DNA of 64,000 nt from Nitrospirota bacterium (lineage in GTDB: Bacteria; Nitrospirota; UBA9217). A program made the position numbers and the translations under genes. Under the pieces are notes generated by a model. It ran no database searches and was not told the DNA's origin. It saw only the letters and a list, made by a program, of their open reading frames with translations. Shown here piece by piece: positions 35,776 to 46,541 of the stretch. The stretch is taken from positions 1 to 64,000 of the forward strand of contig CAVUHW010000018.1 of the NCBI GenBank assembly GCA_963741205.1, read 5' to 3'. Position 1 is the stretch's first letter; each line of letters begins with the position of its first letter.

Positions 35776-37191
35776 TTAATAGCCGGTGCGTTCGGGAAGG
35801 TTACGGGGACGCCGGGATGTACCGTCTGCGCCACCGAGGGCGTTCTGGTCGCCGGTGAAATTTATGCCCGAGAGCAAACCGTTATTGTAATTGCCACCCT
35901 GGGCAGTCTGTGTCGGCTCGGAATGGTCGTGCATGGGATAGCACATCGGCGAGAGCTGCACCGCTATAGGGGTTACTCCGGCGTTAATCCCCAGGGCCGG
36001 AAGAAATACAGCATGCTCTTCCGTCGGCGGCCAGACCGGCTTGTCCGGCCGGGATTGGTCGCCGGAGTATCCGCAAACTGCCGCCGAGAGCGGGTATGGC
36101 GACATGATTGGGGCCGATCCCGCAAATGTTCGGGATATCAGGCGGCCTCATGTAGGGCACCGTATAATTCCACACATCCAGCGGATGCAGGGTCATGGTG
36201 TCCACCCAGAGCGGATTGGACTGACCACGCCGTTGATGCTCGTTACCCACACGTGATTGGCATGGATGTGCATGGAATGGAGTTGCAGGCCCGCGTGCAG
36301 ACAGCGGATCAGCGTCGGCTCTCCAACCCGGTGGGTCGGGCAGATGAAGGGATTATTGTGGGAAAAGTGCCCGGACTGACCCGTGATCGTGAAATACTGG
36401 GGCCGATAGTTCCCGGAGGCGTCGAACGGCGCTACGAGGGGGTCTTCAGTAAACTTTTTTACGAAGTCTACCGGGTCGGCAAGGACTCCGGGGGGAAGGT
36501 TACCCACCTCGGCATTCAGTTTCGGGCTGCAATCATGACAGAGCCAGATGTGCTGCCGGAACGGCGGTGTATTGGTGGCCGGATTGCCGTCCTCCCACCT
36601 GAGACCCGGATAGTGGGTGGTGGAGCCGAAGTCGTCGTACATTTTCTGTACGTTCGCCGTCGGTCTGCTGTACGGAGTAAAATTATGCCCCAGACGCGGA
36701 GCTAATGGCATGACGATAAAGGCGCCGTGCAGCCCCATGACCCGGTTGACGGGTTCATTGAGGTTATCGTAGTAGAGATAGGTGCCGCCCCTCGGGGCTA
36801 AGAACCGGACGGTCTTGGTTGTACCCGGAGCGATCGCACCGGTGTCGACCACGCCTTTAATGAAGAAGCTGTGCGGCTCGTCCAGGTCGTTCGTTAAGAC
36901 GACCTTGATCAAGTCCCCCTCGGTGCAAAAGATGCTGGGAGCGGGACATTCGGCCGGGAAACGGTCCTCTTTGAATATCCAGAAATAGTTCAGGGCGGGG
37001 ATATTCGACGCAAGGGTATTGAAAGTGACCATCTGCTTCATCGCGTCGGTAATGTGAAAATTGAGGGTCTGGACCTTGACCGCGGCGTAGGCCTCGTCTT
37101 TGAGCATCCACGACAATCCGTTGCCGAGCACGAGGGCTCCGATGCCTGTTCCCGTATATTTCAAGAAATCACGTCTTTTCATGTCTTTCAT
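35776..37191 (-). CDS. Tat-exported two-cupredoxin-domain multicopper-oxidase-like protein type B, two frameshifts
   Basis: MKRRDFLK; degenerate domain 1 (PHSFFI, YLYYDN...MGLHG); domain 2 with HSMHIH and YPMHDH. Confidence 0.8.
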
Positions 37192-37285
37192 TTCTTCCTC
37201 CTATCCTATTTCTGTCCTATTGGACCAAGGCAACCACATTGCCGTGTACTTAATTCCCGCCTGGGCGGGACTTGTTCCAAATTCA

Positions 37286-38595
37286 TCAAAAGCTGCACGC
37301 TCCGCCGGCAGCGTTAAATGCGGCGCAATCGGCAAAGGTTTGCGGAGTACCAGTGCCAACAGCCACCTGGATCGGTTGTCCCACGGGCTCATAATTAACT
37401 GACGCGTTGTTTACATTCACGGTGCCGTTAATCGGGCAGGCGCCGGTCGCTGTTTTGAAGATCCGGGGCGCGGTATCCACGGTTGAAATCGTATATTTAC
37501 CCTGCCGCGCATCCGTCAATCGCGGGCGTCCATAGCATGTCAACGTCGCCGCTTATCTTGTTGTTCGTCGTTCCAGCCGCGTCGTTTAAGGACAGTGTCT
37601 CATCCTTCAGGTTCAAAGCAAGGTCCAGTTTGAACGTCGTGTTGCCGCCTGTAGCGGAGGTCACCGAGAAACTTCCCTGAGTAGTGGTCACAGCAGTGTC
37701 TGACCCATCGGCATTGTGGGTAAAAGTGCTCGTTTCGACCAATCCATTGTAGTTAAAGGTCTCCACCTTTTCAGCCACGGCGCCCTGCGCAGGTGTCGTA
37801 ACTACAAATGTGCCAGTCGAGCTCTTCGCCCCCCTGACGACTTGATTGTCGCTGATGAATTCACCATCCATGACGGCTATCTTGGTCATAACAGCAAGGT
37901 CGACGGCGGAGAACGTCTTTTCCGTCAGCGCTTTCGCAACCAGAGTCGAAGTGACTCCGTTATTGTCCGTGCTCCTCACGCTTTCGATGTGCAGGTTGCC
38001 GTCCAGTTGCGTAAACAAGATATCGTCCTGGCAGTTCTTGAAGTTAATATCATAGGAAGATGTTACAGCCGGGTTGGTAGCCTCATCATAATTATTCGTC
38101 CCGTTTATCGTGACGACAGCGTCGGCGTTGGAGCAGGCATGCGCTGGGCAAGGTAGTGCTGACTGAAGTCGCCCGCATTGCCTTTAATGCCCCAACTTTT
38201 TTCACGACACTTTGGATGGCCGCGGAGCGAGACAGCTTCGTCATTTCCGCCATCATCGTCGCGAGGATCGGGTCTACTTTCCCGATATCGCTGCTCTTGG
38301 ACACGGGTGGCGCAAATCCAGCCGGCTGGGAGTTCAGGCCGAGGGCCACAGCCACTTGAAACTGCGTATCAGCCGCGGCTTGCGTGCCTGCCAACGCCGC
38401 AAATCCCGCTGCTGCCTGCTGGGGCGTATTGAATACCGCAGGCGGGTGTAGCTGAACTGGGGAGTGGGCCAACGGGAACCGTCGGTTCGGGAGTGGTGGT
38501 AGGCGGTGGAGGTGCACTGCTACTGCTCTTATGACAAGCAACACCAACAACCAATATCAAACAAAAATGGCGAATACTGCCAACAACTTCTTCAT
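37286..38595 (-). CDS. Thr/Ser-rich lipoprotein of unknown function, frameshifted
   Basis: RBS AGGAGG; MKKLLAVFAIF...GVAC lipobox; Pro/Thr linker; beta-rich body with several Cys (DGCAAG, GACPING, DCAAF, GACSF). Confidence 0.65.
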
Positions 38596-38831
38596 AAAGA
38601 CCTCCTTTAAACTCAACATTTCAAAAACCTTATCTTCATGTCACATTCTAGCAGACTTTTTTCGTACATGAGTCTTAAAAACCAGTTAAGGCTGACTCAG
38701 CTGCCGTTTTTTTATGTTATTTCCACCTCCCAACGTTTACCGAATTAATAAACAAAGAGTTTTATTAAGGCAATCCATCGTTCAATATATTGGGCATCAG
38801 ATAATAGACAAGTGAAATGATTTAAAATAAA

Positions 38832-38846
38832 GCAAAGTATGTGCCA
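38832..38846 (-). promoter_or_regulatory. Sigma-54 promoter, class II
   Basis: TGGCAC-ATACT-TTGC. Confidence 0.85.
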
Positions 38847-38920
38847 GCACTAACAGAATTTAACATTATTTATAAAACAAATGGTTATATAAATTAGCGT
38901 CCCACATTAAGCCCAAACGA

Positions 38921-38947
38921 GTTCATTATAGACCGGCTAAATTGAGC
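38921..38947. promoter_or_regulatory. Class II tandem enhancer site
   Basis: GTTCA-TTA-TAGAC c GGCTA-AAT-TGAGC, starting 75 bp from the -24 box. Confidence 0.65.
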
Positions 38948-39298
38948 TGTACTGCCATTATGAACCTCATAATTAATGAAATCATAAGTTGCCATTTTTT
39001 TCATTTTTCTTCATGTTCTTAATTATTTTATCAATATGGCATCAGAAATCTATAGGCAAAAATACCTATTTTTGACAGGCAAGATAGGCAATGAGATTGT
39101 GCCTTTATTGAGGACCTGAGCAATTACATTGCTGAATGGTAACAGGAAATGACTATGCAGGCGGGTTTAAATGCCGCCTGCATCGCGAATCATTGGCTCT
39201 GCCATAGGGTGATGAATGACATGATTTCGCTCTAGCTCTATGAGTGAGAGGACGATATTATCCTGTTTTTTTCACTCCTCCGAGGCCATAATCAAAGA

Positions 39299-40701
39299 TC
39301 ACGCGATCTTGAACGGAATCACGCCGTTCAGCAGGTGCCTGCCGCCCGAGTTGTGCGTGAAATGGATCCTCGCTACGTCGTTCACGGCCGGTGCGTCGTC
39401 TCCACCCGGATCAGCGCGTCAAAGCGCCGCGCCGTGGAAAGCTCATACGGGGTGCCTTTCGGCAGCAGGAACGGATGGTTGTACTGGTTGAAAGGCGGCA
39501 CGCCCAGGGCCCTGCCGTCGAAGGCGATGATCACGACGTCCACCGGGAAGGTGATCGTGATCGGCACGTATGCCGCGCAGAGGGCGCGGACCAGGATGGT
39601 CTGGCCCCGTACCGCATTGATCGCGGTCTGCATTCCCGTCACGCCGCTGTTCAGTTCCTTGGGAATGACGGGTATGGCAGGGTCAAGAACCGCATCCGCC
39701 GTGCTTCCCCCTTTGCCCAGGAAATTCACACCGGTGCAGACGAAGTAATCGGGGTTGTAGTTGTTGAAGGCAAAAAAGCCTCCCCCGCCCGGGTTCTGGT
39801 GGAAAATATCATTGGTGCCGGGTATGCTTCCCATATGCGGGAAGGTGGTATGGTCGCCCGGCGCGAACTGGTTGTGCCACGCGGAGTCGATGTCGTCGAG
39901 CACCCAGAGGGCCTCCACGTCGTAGGGGACGGTAAAGGCGTGCGGGTCCGTGGGGAAGACTCCGGCCGGATCCGGGGAATGCAGGGGAGTCGAGTTGAAC
40001 CCCGGGAACTGCGGGAAATTGGTCAGGTTGGCCGCTGTCCTGCGCGGATATCCGCCGGCGTTCGGTTGGAATACAGGTTGCCCGGGGCCGCTGTTCGTGT
40101 TGGGGTTATTAACCGTATACGCATCGGGCGGCTCGATGATCAGAAAGCCGTACAGACCGAACTCGAAGTGCTGCACCGTGTTCCTATGGCAGTGGTAGAA
40201 ATAGCTGCCGATGAAATTCGGCTGCCACTGGTAAGTGTAGCTTCCGAACTCCATGGAGCAGTGCCCCACGCCGTCGTTTAAGGGCGTGGGCTCGATGCCG
40301 TGCCAGTGAATGGTATGGGGGCTCGGAGCGCCCGCGGCATGTCCGTGGAAGACCACCCCGCGCGGAACCCGGATGGTCGTGCGCCGGATAAGGTCCGACC
40401 GCGGCCGCGCCGACCCCATTCGCCATCCTCAATAGTAAAGAAGTTGCTTATGATCGTGCCGTCGAATGCAATGTGGGGGTTGTTATCGTACAAAGTCCTT
40501 TCCACGGTATGCGCAGTTGTCGCCACGATCAACAGGGAGCCGTTCGCGCAGAGCCATGAATTCCGGGACCGGGTTTGTCGGATTCAAGAGCTCGGGCGTG
40601 GCCGGCGAGGCTGTCGGCGGATCGAATATCTTGACGAATTCGTTTTCATTACCGGCTACCGTTCTTCGGGTGATGAGAAAAGCAGGGTTACTGACTGACA
40701 T
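39299..40701 (-). CDS. Multicopper-oxidase-like protein type A, copy 1; no signal peptide; frameshifted
   Basis: Domain 1 has PHTIHWHG and YFYHCHRNTVQHFEFGLYG; domain 2 (GQTILVRAL...AFDGR...ARRFD) has no HxH motif. Confidence 0.85.
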
Positions 40702-40734
40702 GCTTGTTATCCTTTCTTGTTGCCGGAATATTCA

Positions 40735-41425
40735 TTAACGTGGTCTTGATTGTGTCATGTATGAGGGAGCGACCTCGATATACCCTTTGCTGACGGCATA
40801 TTTTACGAGATCGGCTATATTTCTCATTTTCAATTTTTTTGTGATAGAGGCGCGATGAGAGCTTACCGTGCGAACGCTGATGAAAAGAAGCCCGGCAATC
40901 TCCATGGATGATTTTCCTTCGGCAATGAGCTTTAACACTTCCCGCTCACGGGTCGTCAGGCATTCATGCGAAATAACGAGTTTGACAATCCTCCAGTACG
41001 GTCTTTCCCCAGCATTCGGCCAACTCCTGTGAAAGGGAGGGAGAAACGTACAATCCCCCTCGCCGGATCCTTTCTATGGCCTTGAAGAGTTCCGTATCGG
41101 CATCTTCTTTCAAAAGGTAACCATCGGCTCCTGAGGAAAGCGCCTGGTGGAGATAATTCCGGTCCCTGTGCATGGTCAGGATCAGCACCTTCACGCCGGG
41201 ATGCCGGGACTTGATCTCGCTGACAGCCTCGATCCCCCGCATTTTCGGCATCGAGATATCGACGACGGCCATGTCGGTGACGATCTTGTTCAGGAGACCG
41301 ATGAGCTCCAAACCGTCTCCTGCCTCGCCTACGACTTCCATCTCCCTCGATTCCTCGACGATCCGCCTCAAGCCCTGTCGAAGCAGGACGTGATCGTCAG
41401 CCAATGTGATGCGATAGGGGTTCAT
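40735..41425 (-). CDS. NarL/LuxR response regulator, frameshift near 40970
   Basis: LADDH, VDISMP, LTMH, GADGYLLK; LTTREREVLKLIAEG HTH. Confidence 0.92.
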
Positions 41426-41426
41426 T

Positions 41427-41651
41427 TCAAATGCTTTCCCGTTTTACTGCGCTCCGGTAGATCTCGCACTCTTCAAAGTTCTTGCCGCAATAATAGATCG
41501 CCAGATCGATGTTCTGGCTGTTAATGCTGGCGACGAAACAATCAGCGAAAGGGTCCCCGACGAAGGGGCAATGCCCTCCTGCTACGGATGAGATCCGGTC
41601 CTTTATTCCCTGCTTATGAGGTCGGTTTTCCTGCAGCATAGAGAACGTCAA
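41427..41651 (-). CDS. Small four-Cys protein
   Basis: CP-x7-C-x16-C-x6-C; fills the gap between two regulators and its stop abuts the next ATG. Confidence 0.6.
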   Translation of the reverse strand: MTFSMLQENRPHKQGIKDRISSVAGGHCPFVGDPFADCFVASINSQNIDLAIYYCGKNFEECEIYRSAVKRESI

Positions 41652-41673
41652 AACCCTTTCGTTACAATAATCA

Positions 41674-43041
41674 TTATTGCTCTGCTCGTCCCGACTCCCT
41701 GAGTTTCCTCTTAAGAGTGGACAGGGAGATTCCCAGGACCTTGGCGGACTTAGTCAGATTCCCGGAGAGCGATGTAAGGGCGCACTGGATGGTCTCCTGC
41801 TCCACCTCCGCGAGGGTCTTAAAACTATTGCCGGACGATGAAGCGGCCTTCGGCATGCACATATTCACGGCTCCGGGTCTCCCGAGAAGAAGCGAAGGCG
41901 TAAGGACCGAGTCCTTTTGCAGGAACAGCGCACGCTCAAGGATGTTCCGCAGTTCGCGCACGTTGCCAGGCCAGTCGTATAGCTGGAGCTTCGCAAGCTC
42001 CGTTTCGGGCAATTCGACGCTCCGTCCCCGCGTGATCTTCGAGAGCAGGTAGGAGCAGAGCTGGGGGATGTCCTCCCGGTGCTCCCGTAGCGGCGGGATA
42101 TGGATGCGGACCACGCTCAAGCGGTAGTACAGGTCCTTGCGGAAGGTCTTTCCGAGCGCGCTTTCCAGTTCCGCGTTCGTCGCGGCGATTACGCGCACGT
42201 TTACGGGCGTGACGGCCGTGCTGCCGATGCGGCGCATGGTCCCTGTCCTCGAGGACCCCCAGGAGCTTGGACTGGAGGTGAATGGGCATGTCGCCGATCT
42301 CATCCAGGAAGACCGTGCCGCCTTCGGCCACTTCAAAGAGGCCTTTTTTCGCGCCCGCAGCGCCGGTAAAGGCGCCTTTTTCGTGGCCGAAAAGCTCGGC
42401 CTCGATCAGGTTTTCCGGCAGTGCGGCGCAGTTGATGCTGACGAAGGCGGAGCCCCCGAAGGGGCTCTTGTAGTGGATCGCCTTTGCCACGAGGTTTTTA
42501 CCGGTGCCGGTCTCGCCGGTAATCAGGACCGGCCCGTCCATTTCCGAGGCCATGTCTACGAGCGTGAGGACCTCGGCGAAGGCGCCGCTTGCCCCCGACG
42601 ATGACCGCCGTCTCGCGGTCCTTTTCGCGGGCAGTAGTTCTGGATCTGCTCCACCCGCTCCAGGTCAAGGGTCCTGAGGGTGTTGTCGACCGTGAGTTTG
42701 AGCTCTTCGATATCGAAGGGCTTCGACAGGTAGTCATGCGCCCCCAGGCGCACCGCTGTCACGGCGTTTTCAAAACTGGGATAGGCGGTAACGAAAATAA
42801 TCTTGGACTGGTCGTTCCTTTCGAGGATGGCCGGGGCAAGGGCGTGCCCTTCCCCGTCGGGAAGCTTCTGGTCCAGAAGGACGATATCTATCTTTCTTTC
42901 GGCGCAGACCGCAAGCCCATCGGCGCTCGTATGCGCGGCCAGGACCTCAAGCCGGTCGTTTTCGAGGTAATCCCGCACGTTATCGCACAATACCTTTTCG
43001 TCGTCGATGATGAGGAGCGTCTTTCTGCTGACTGGCGGCAT
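41674..43041 (-). CDS. Sigma-54-dependent response regulator (REC-AAA+-Fis HTH), frameshifted
   Basis: [39 protein letters not shown]. Confidence 0.93.
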
Positions 43042-43065
43042 GGTGTCCCTCCGGAAAGACACTTA

Positions 43066-43080
43066 TCAATTTGTGTGCCA
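43066..43080 (-). promoter_or_regulatory. Sigma-54 promoter, class I
   Basis: TGGCAC-ACAAA-TTGA. Confidence 0.75.
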
Positions 43081-43175
43081 GCGGGATTCAAATGGAGGGA
43101 CCGGTGCTTCTTCAATGAAATGATGAATTTACGTGGTGCGAGGGAATGCGATCACGTCGAGGAGAGATGTGGTGG

Positions 43176-43207
43176 GCCACACTTATGTGGCGCCTCAGTT
43201 GTGGGGA
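43176..43207. promoter_or_regulatory. Class I tandem enhancer site
   Basis: GCCACA-CTTA-TGTGGC followed by GCCTCA-GTTG-TGGGGA, starting 96 bp from the -24 box. Confidence 0.75.
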
Positions 43208-43271
43208 GCCACGATAAAAGCACTGTCAGTTTACAAATCACGAACAAGTTCCAATATCCAAGAATCAAATG

Positions 43272-44814
43272 CTAGCTGCTTATGCATCCTAGTTGCCCAC
43301 TTGAACAGGGGCGTTTTTTCCTTCCGTGGTGCCATCCCCCAACTGACCATGACTGTTCCCTCCCCATGACCATGGGGTGCCGTCCAGATTTCAATACCAG
43401 GCTATGCATGGCTCCGGTAGAGATTGAGACCCACTTTGTATCCGTCCCTATCCGGACAGGGGAATTCTTATTTTCCGTGGTTCCGTCCCCCAACTGTCCA
43501 CTGTTGTTGAACCCCCATGCCCACAGGGTGCCGTCCTTTTTCAAAGCTATTGAATGATGACTTCCTGCCGAAACTTTGGTCCACATGGTATCCGTCCCGA
43601 TCCGGACCCGGGGATGTCTTATCTGTTGTTGTACCGTCACCAAGCTGCCCATAGTCATTATATCCCCACGCCCATAGCGTGGAGGTTGCCAGGCAGCCAT
43701 CGCACAGATACAGGGCCAGGGTATGATAATCTCCCGCCGAGACTGCAACCCACCTGGCTTCCGTCCCGATCCGGATCGGAGCGGTTTTAGCCGCCGTAGT
43801 CCCGTCTCCCAACTGCCCATGCGAGTTATTTCCCCACGCCCACAGGGTCATGTCCTTTTTCAGGGCCACGGTATGAAAAGCCCCGGCCGAAACCCTGGCC
43901 CATGCGGCATCCTTCCCTATTTGGACAGGCGCGGTTTTGTCGATTGTCGTGCCGTCCCCCAACTGTCCATCAGAGTTATTTCCCCATGCCCACAACGTAC
44001 CGTCGGACTGCAAGCCCACGCTGTGAAGATCTCCAGCCTCGATTTCAATCCATTTTTTGTCTTTTCCTATCCGGACAGGTACGGTTTTATCCGCTTTCGT
44101 TCCGTCTCCCAACTGTCCGTGGGAGTTATTTCCCCACGCCCACAAAGTGCCGTCGGATTTCAACGCCAGGCTGTGGTCCCGTCCCGTCGCGATTGCGACC
44201 CACTTCATGTCTTTCCCGATCCGGACGGGAATTGTTTTGTCCGCCTTCGTGCCGTCCCCCAACTGTCCATGGGAGTTATTTCCCCACGCCCACAGAGTGC
44301 CGTCGGATTTCAGGGCCAGGGAATGTGCCGCGCCGGATGCCACCGGTTCACTCCTCGCGATGAGGATCCGGCTCCCCGCAAGGGAGTTGTTGCTCTCGTT
44401 AGATTCAGCGACTTGATTTCGATAGTCCGCGACAGCTCCGATGTAATAGACGCCCGCATTCACGGAGATGAGGTTTGTCCTGTAGACGAATGAATCCGCC
44501 TCCCCCGCTTTCAGGGAGTCCGTCTCGTTTCCCTTCGGAGATCCTATCCGGAAATCGCTCGTTGTGATGACAGGGCCTGTTGAGAGGAAAAATCCGGTCC
44601 TGAAGTAGCCCGCGTCGCCGTCGCCCTGATTCTGCACGGTGGCCGTTATTGTTACGAGGTCTCCGGGGGCTATAATTGACGGGGACGCGGAGATCGAGGT
44701 CACGACCAGATCCGGGGAACCGGCGGCCGCGACGCGGGGCGAGAATAGAAATATAAGAAAGAGAATAAAGAACGAAAGTATCTGGCCTTTCGAAAATACG
44801 CGCATGCCATGCAT
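43272..44814 (-). CDS. Secreted CARDB + RCC1-repeat protein, frameshifted near the 3' end
   Basis: PDLVV...NQG...[14 protein letters not shown] domain; about seven [26 protein letters not shown] repeats. Confidence 0.9.
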
Positions 44815-44846
44815 AGATTATTTCCGCCCTCCTATTGGCATAAAAA

Positions 44847-44945
44847 ACTCCCTCTCCTTCAAGGAGAGGGCTGGGGTGAGGATGGGTCAACAGCGGGAGA
44901 CACGAGACCCATCCCCCTCTCGATCTCCCCCTTGAAGGGGGAGAA
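44847..44945. repeat. Intergenic palindromic doublet
   Basis: CCCTCTCCTTCAAGGAGAGGG...GATGGG and CCCATC...TCTCCCCCTTGAAGGGGGAGA. Confidence 0.65.
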
Positions 44946-44947
44946 GG

Positions 44948-46193
44948 TTAATTCGTCGGCACGTTCCTGATCTGCCCCCTGATTTCTCCGTCGGGATTGG
45001 CCGCGGTGTGAATGTTCAGATACAGCCTGTCGCTGATCAACGAGCCGAGTCGTTCCGCGCTCAGGAAGGTATCTGCTGGAACGTGTCCAGGTCCCCGACG
45101 TGCTGGGTGTTCCCCACCCTGCAGAGCTAATGAGGGTCGGCCCGTTCACCCCCGCAAAACCTTGATGGATGTGCGCACGGTCCGCGAGGCTGCTCGGCGT
45201 GTTGAACGCGATCGATCCGCTAATCTTTCCGGTCCCCAGGTTGACGGTCAGATTCCCCGTGCCGCTGCTGACCGGCGCGTTCACGGGCGGCACTTCCTGG
45301 TTGCCGGAGAGCGACACGGCCGGGATGGTCGTGACCGGATAAACGATGTTCCCCGCGAGTTCGCTTACGGGAAGCTGGAAGTTTTGTGAGTTGACGGTGA
45401 AATAGAGGCCGTCATTCACCAGGGCCGTGAGCTGCGGGGCGTTCAGGGACGCGCCTGCCGGAAAGGTAAAGGTTCCCGCTGTCGTGCCACCACCCTCCAA
45501 GGTGATGATGGATGGAGTTGTCGGACCGCAGGTGGATGTGCGCCTCCGTGGCATTGCTCGTGAGGCCGGAGAAAGTTATAGACCCGCTGATCGCTCCAGT
45601 CCCGAGGTTGACCGTCATGGTAGCTGAGCCGGCCCCCGTGCTCCCCGTGCCCGCGACAGGAGTCAGCGGCGTCGTTATGGTGATGTTCGGTAACACGATA
45701 TCACCGCGTTTTGCGTTCGGAAAAGATTGCGTGTCGACCCGGAAGAAGAGCCCGCCGAACCCGAGGGCGCTCAGCTGCAATTGGTTCAGGACTTCGTGCC
45801 CGCCGGAACGGTCCATGCCCCTGTTGTGCTGGTGCTGCTGACGAGGGAGACGATGAGACTTGTTGCGGGAGCCGCTGTGCTGTCATGGATGCCAACCGCG
45901 AGCGTGGTGCTCGAGAGTCCTGAAACCAGAACTGCTCCCCCGATCTCACCGTTATCCATATTTGCCGCAAGCTTCCCAATGGCCGTGCCTGAAGCGGGCG
46001 CCCCGGTCGTGGTCAGCATCGATGTTGTGAACGCGACGAGCCGCGCTGCTGTGCCGACAGGTGTAGGCGTCGGAGGCACGGGCCCTCCGCCTCCGCCGCC
46101 GTCCCCGCCGCTGCTGCAGGATACAATAAATACGGCCGATATGAGGAACGCGCTCAGTGCAATCGCAAATTTTACGAAACTATGCTGCTTCAT
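44948..46193 (-). CDS. Lipoprotein with three CHRD domains, frameshifted
   Basis: FIVSC lipobox; LSGNQEVPPV, AHIH, GLYFTVNS, NPDGEIRGQI. Confidence 0.8.
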
Positions 46194-46295
46194 AATTATT
46201 CCCCTCCTGATGTATTTGCGCCACTCACGTTAATACAACAGCGAACTTTTTGGAATAAAAATGTCAAACCCGTAATAATGCTCATAGCACCCCGT

Positions 46296-46377
46296 TGTCA
46301 TACCCGCGAAAGCGGGTATCCATTGGCTTTTTTTAACTCTAAATTCAAAATGGATTCCCGCTTTCGCGGGAATGACA
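46296..46377. repeat. ~81-bp MITE/REP-like element, copy 1
   Basis: TGTCATACCCGCGAAAGCGGGTATCCA...TGGATTCCCGCTTTCGCGGGAATGACA; a homologous copy lies at 63499-63579. Confidence 0.8.
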
Positions 46378-46468
46378 AAAAAACGTGCAGTTGATGTTTC
46401 CATTTTATCACGAGTCCACCGGTCTTTTTTCCCATCTTCTCCCTGGGCGGTAGAGGAACGAAAAAATC

Positions 46469-46501
46469 AAAAGAGAAGCCGGGGAAAGCATCCCCGGCTT
46501 C
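46469..46501 (-). terminator. Intrinsic terminator after Ig-like protein 2
   Basis: GAAGCCGGGGA...TCCCCGGCTTC followed by TCTTTT on the minus strand. Confidence 0.7.
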
Positions 46502-46541
46502 TTCATATGGTCCGGTTTATCGATTGACGAATCGGCCTGGA

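Noticed and set aside
39299-40701. Copper nitrite reductase NirK
   Set aside because: It has HCH and HxH trinuclear-type motifs rather than the NirK DxH and HC patterns, and lacks the domain-2 His.
43320-44340. ~150-bp periodic repeats as a DNA array or DGR template
   Set aside because: They are the coding RCC1 repeats, and no reverse transcriptase is present.
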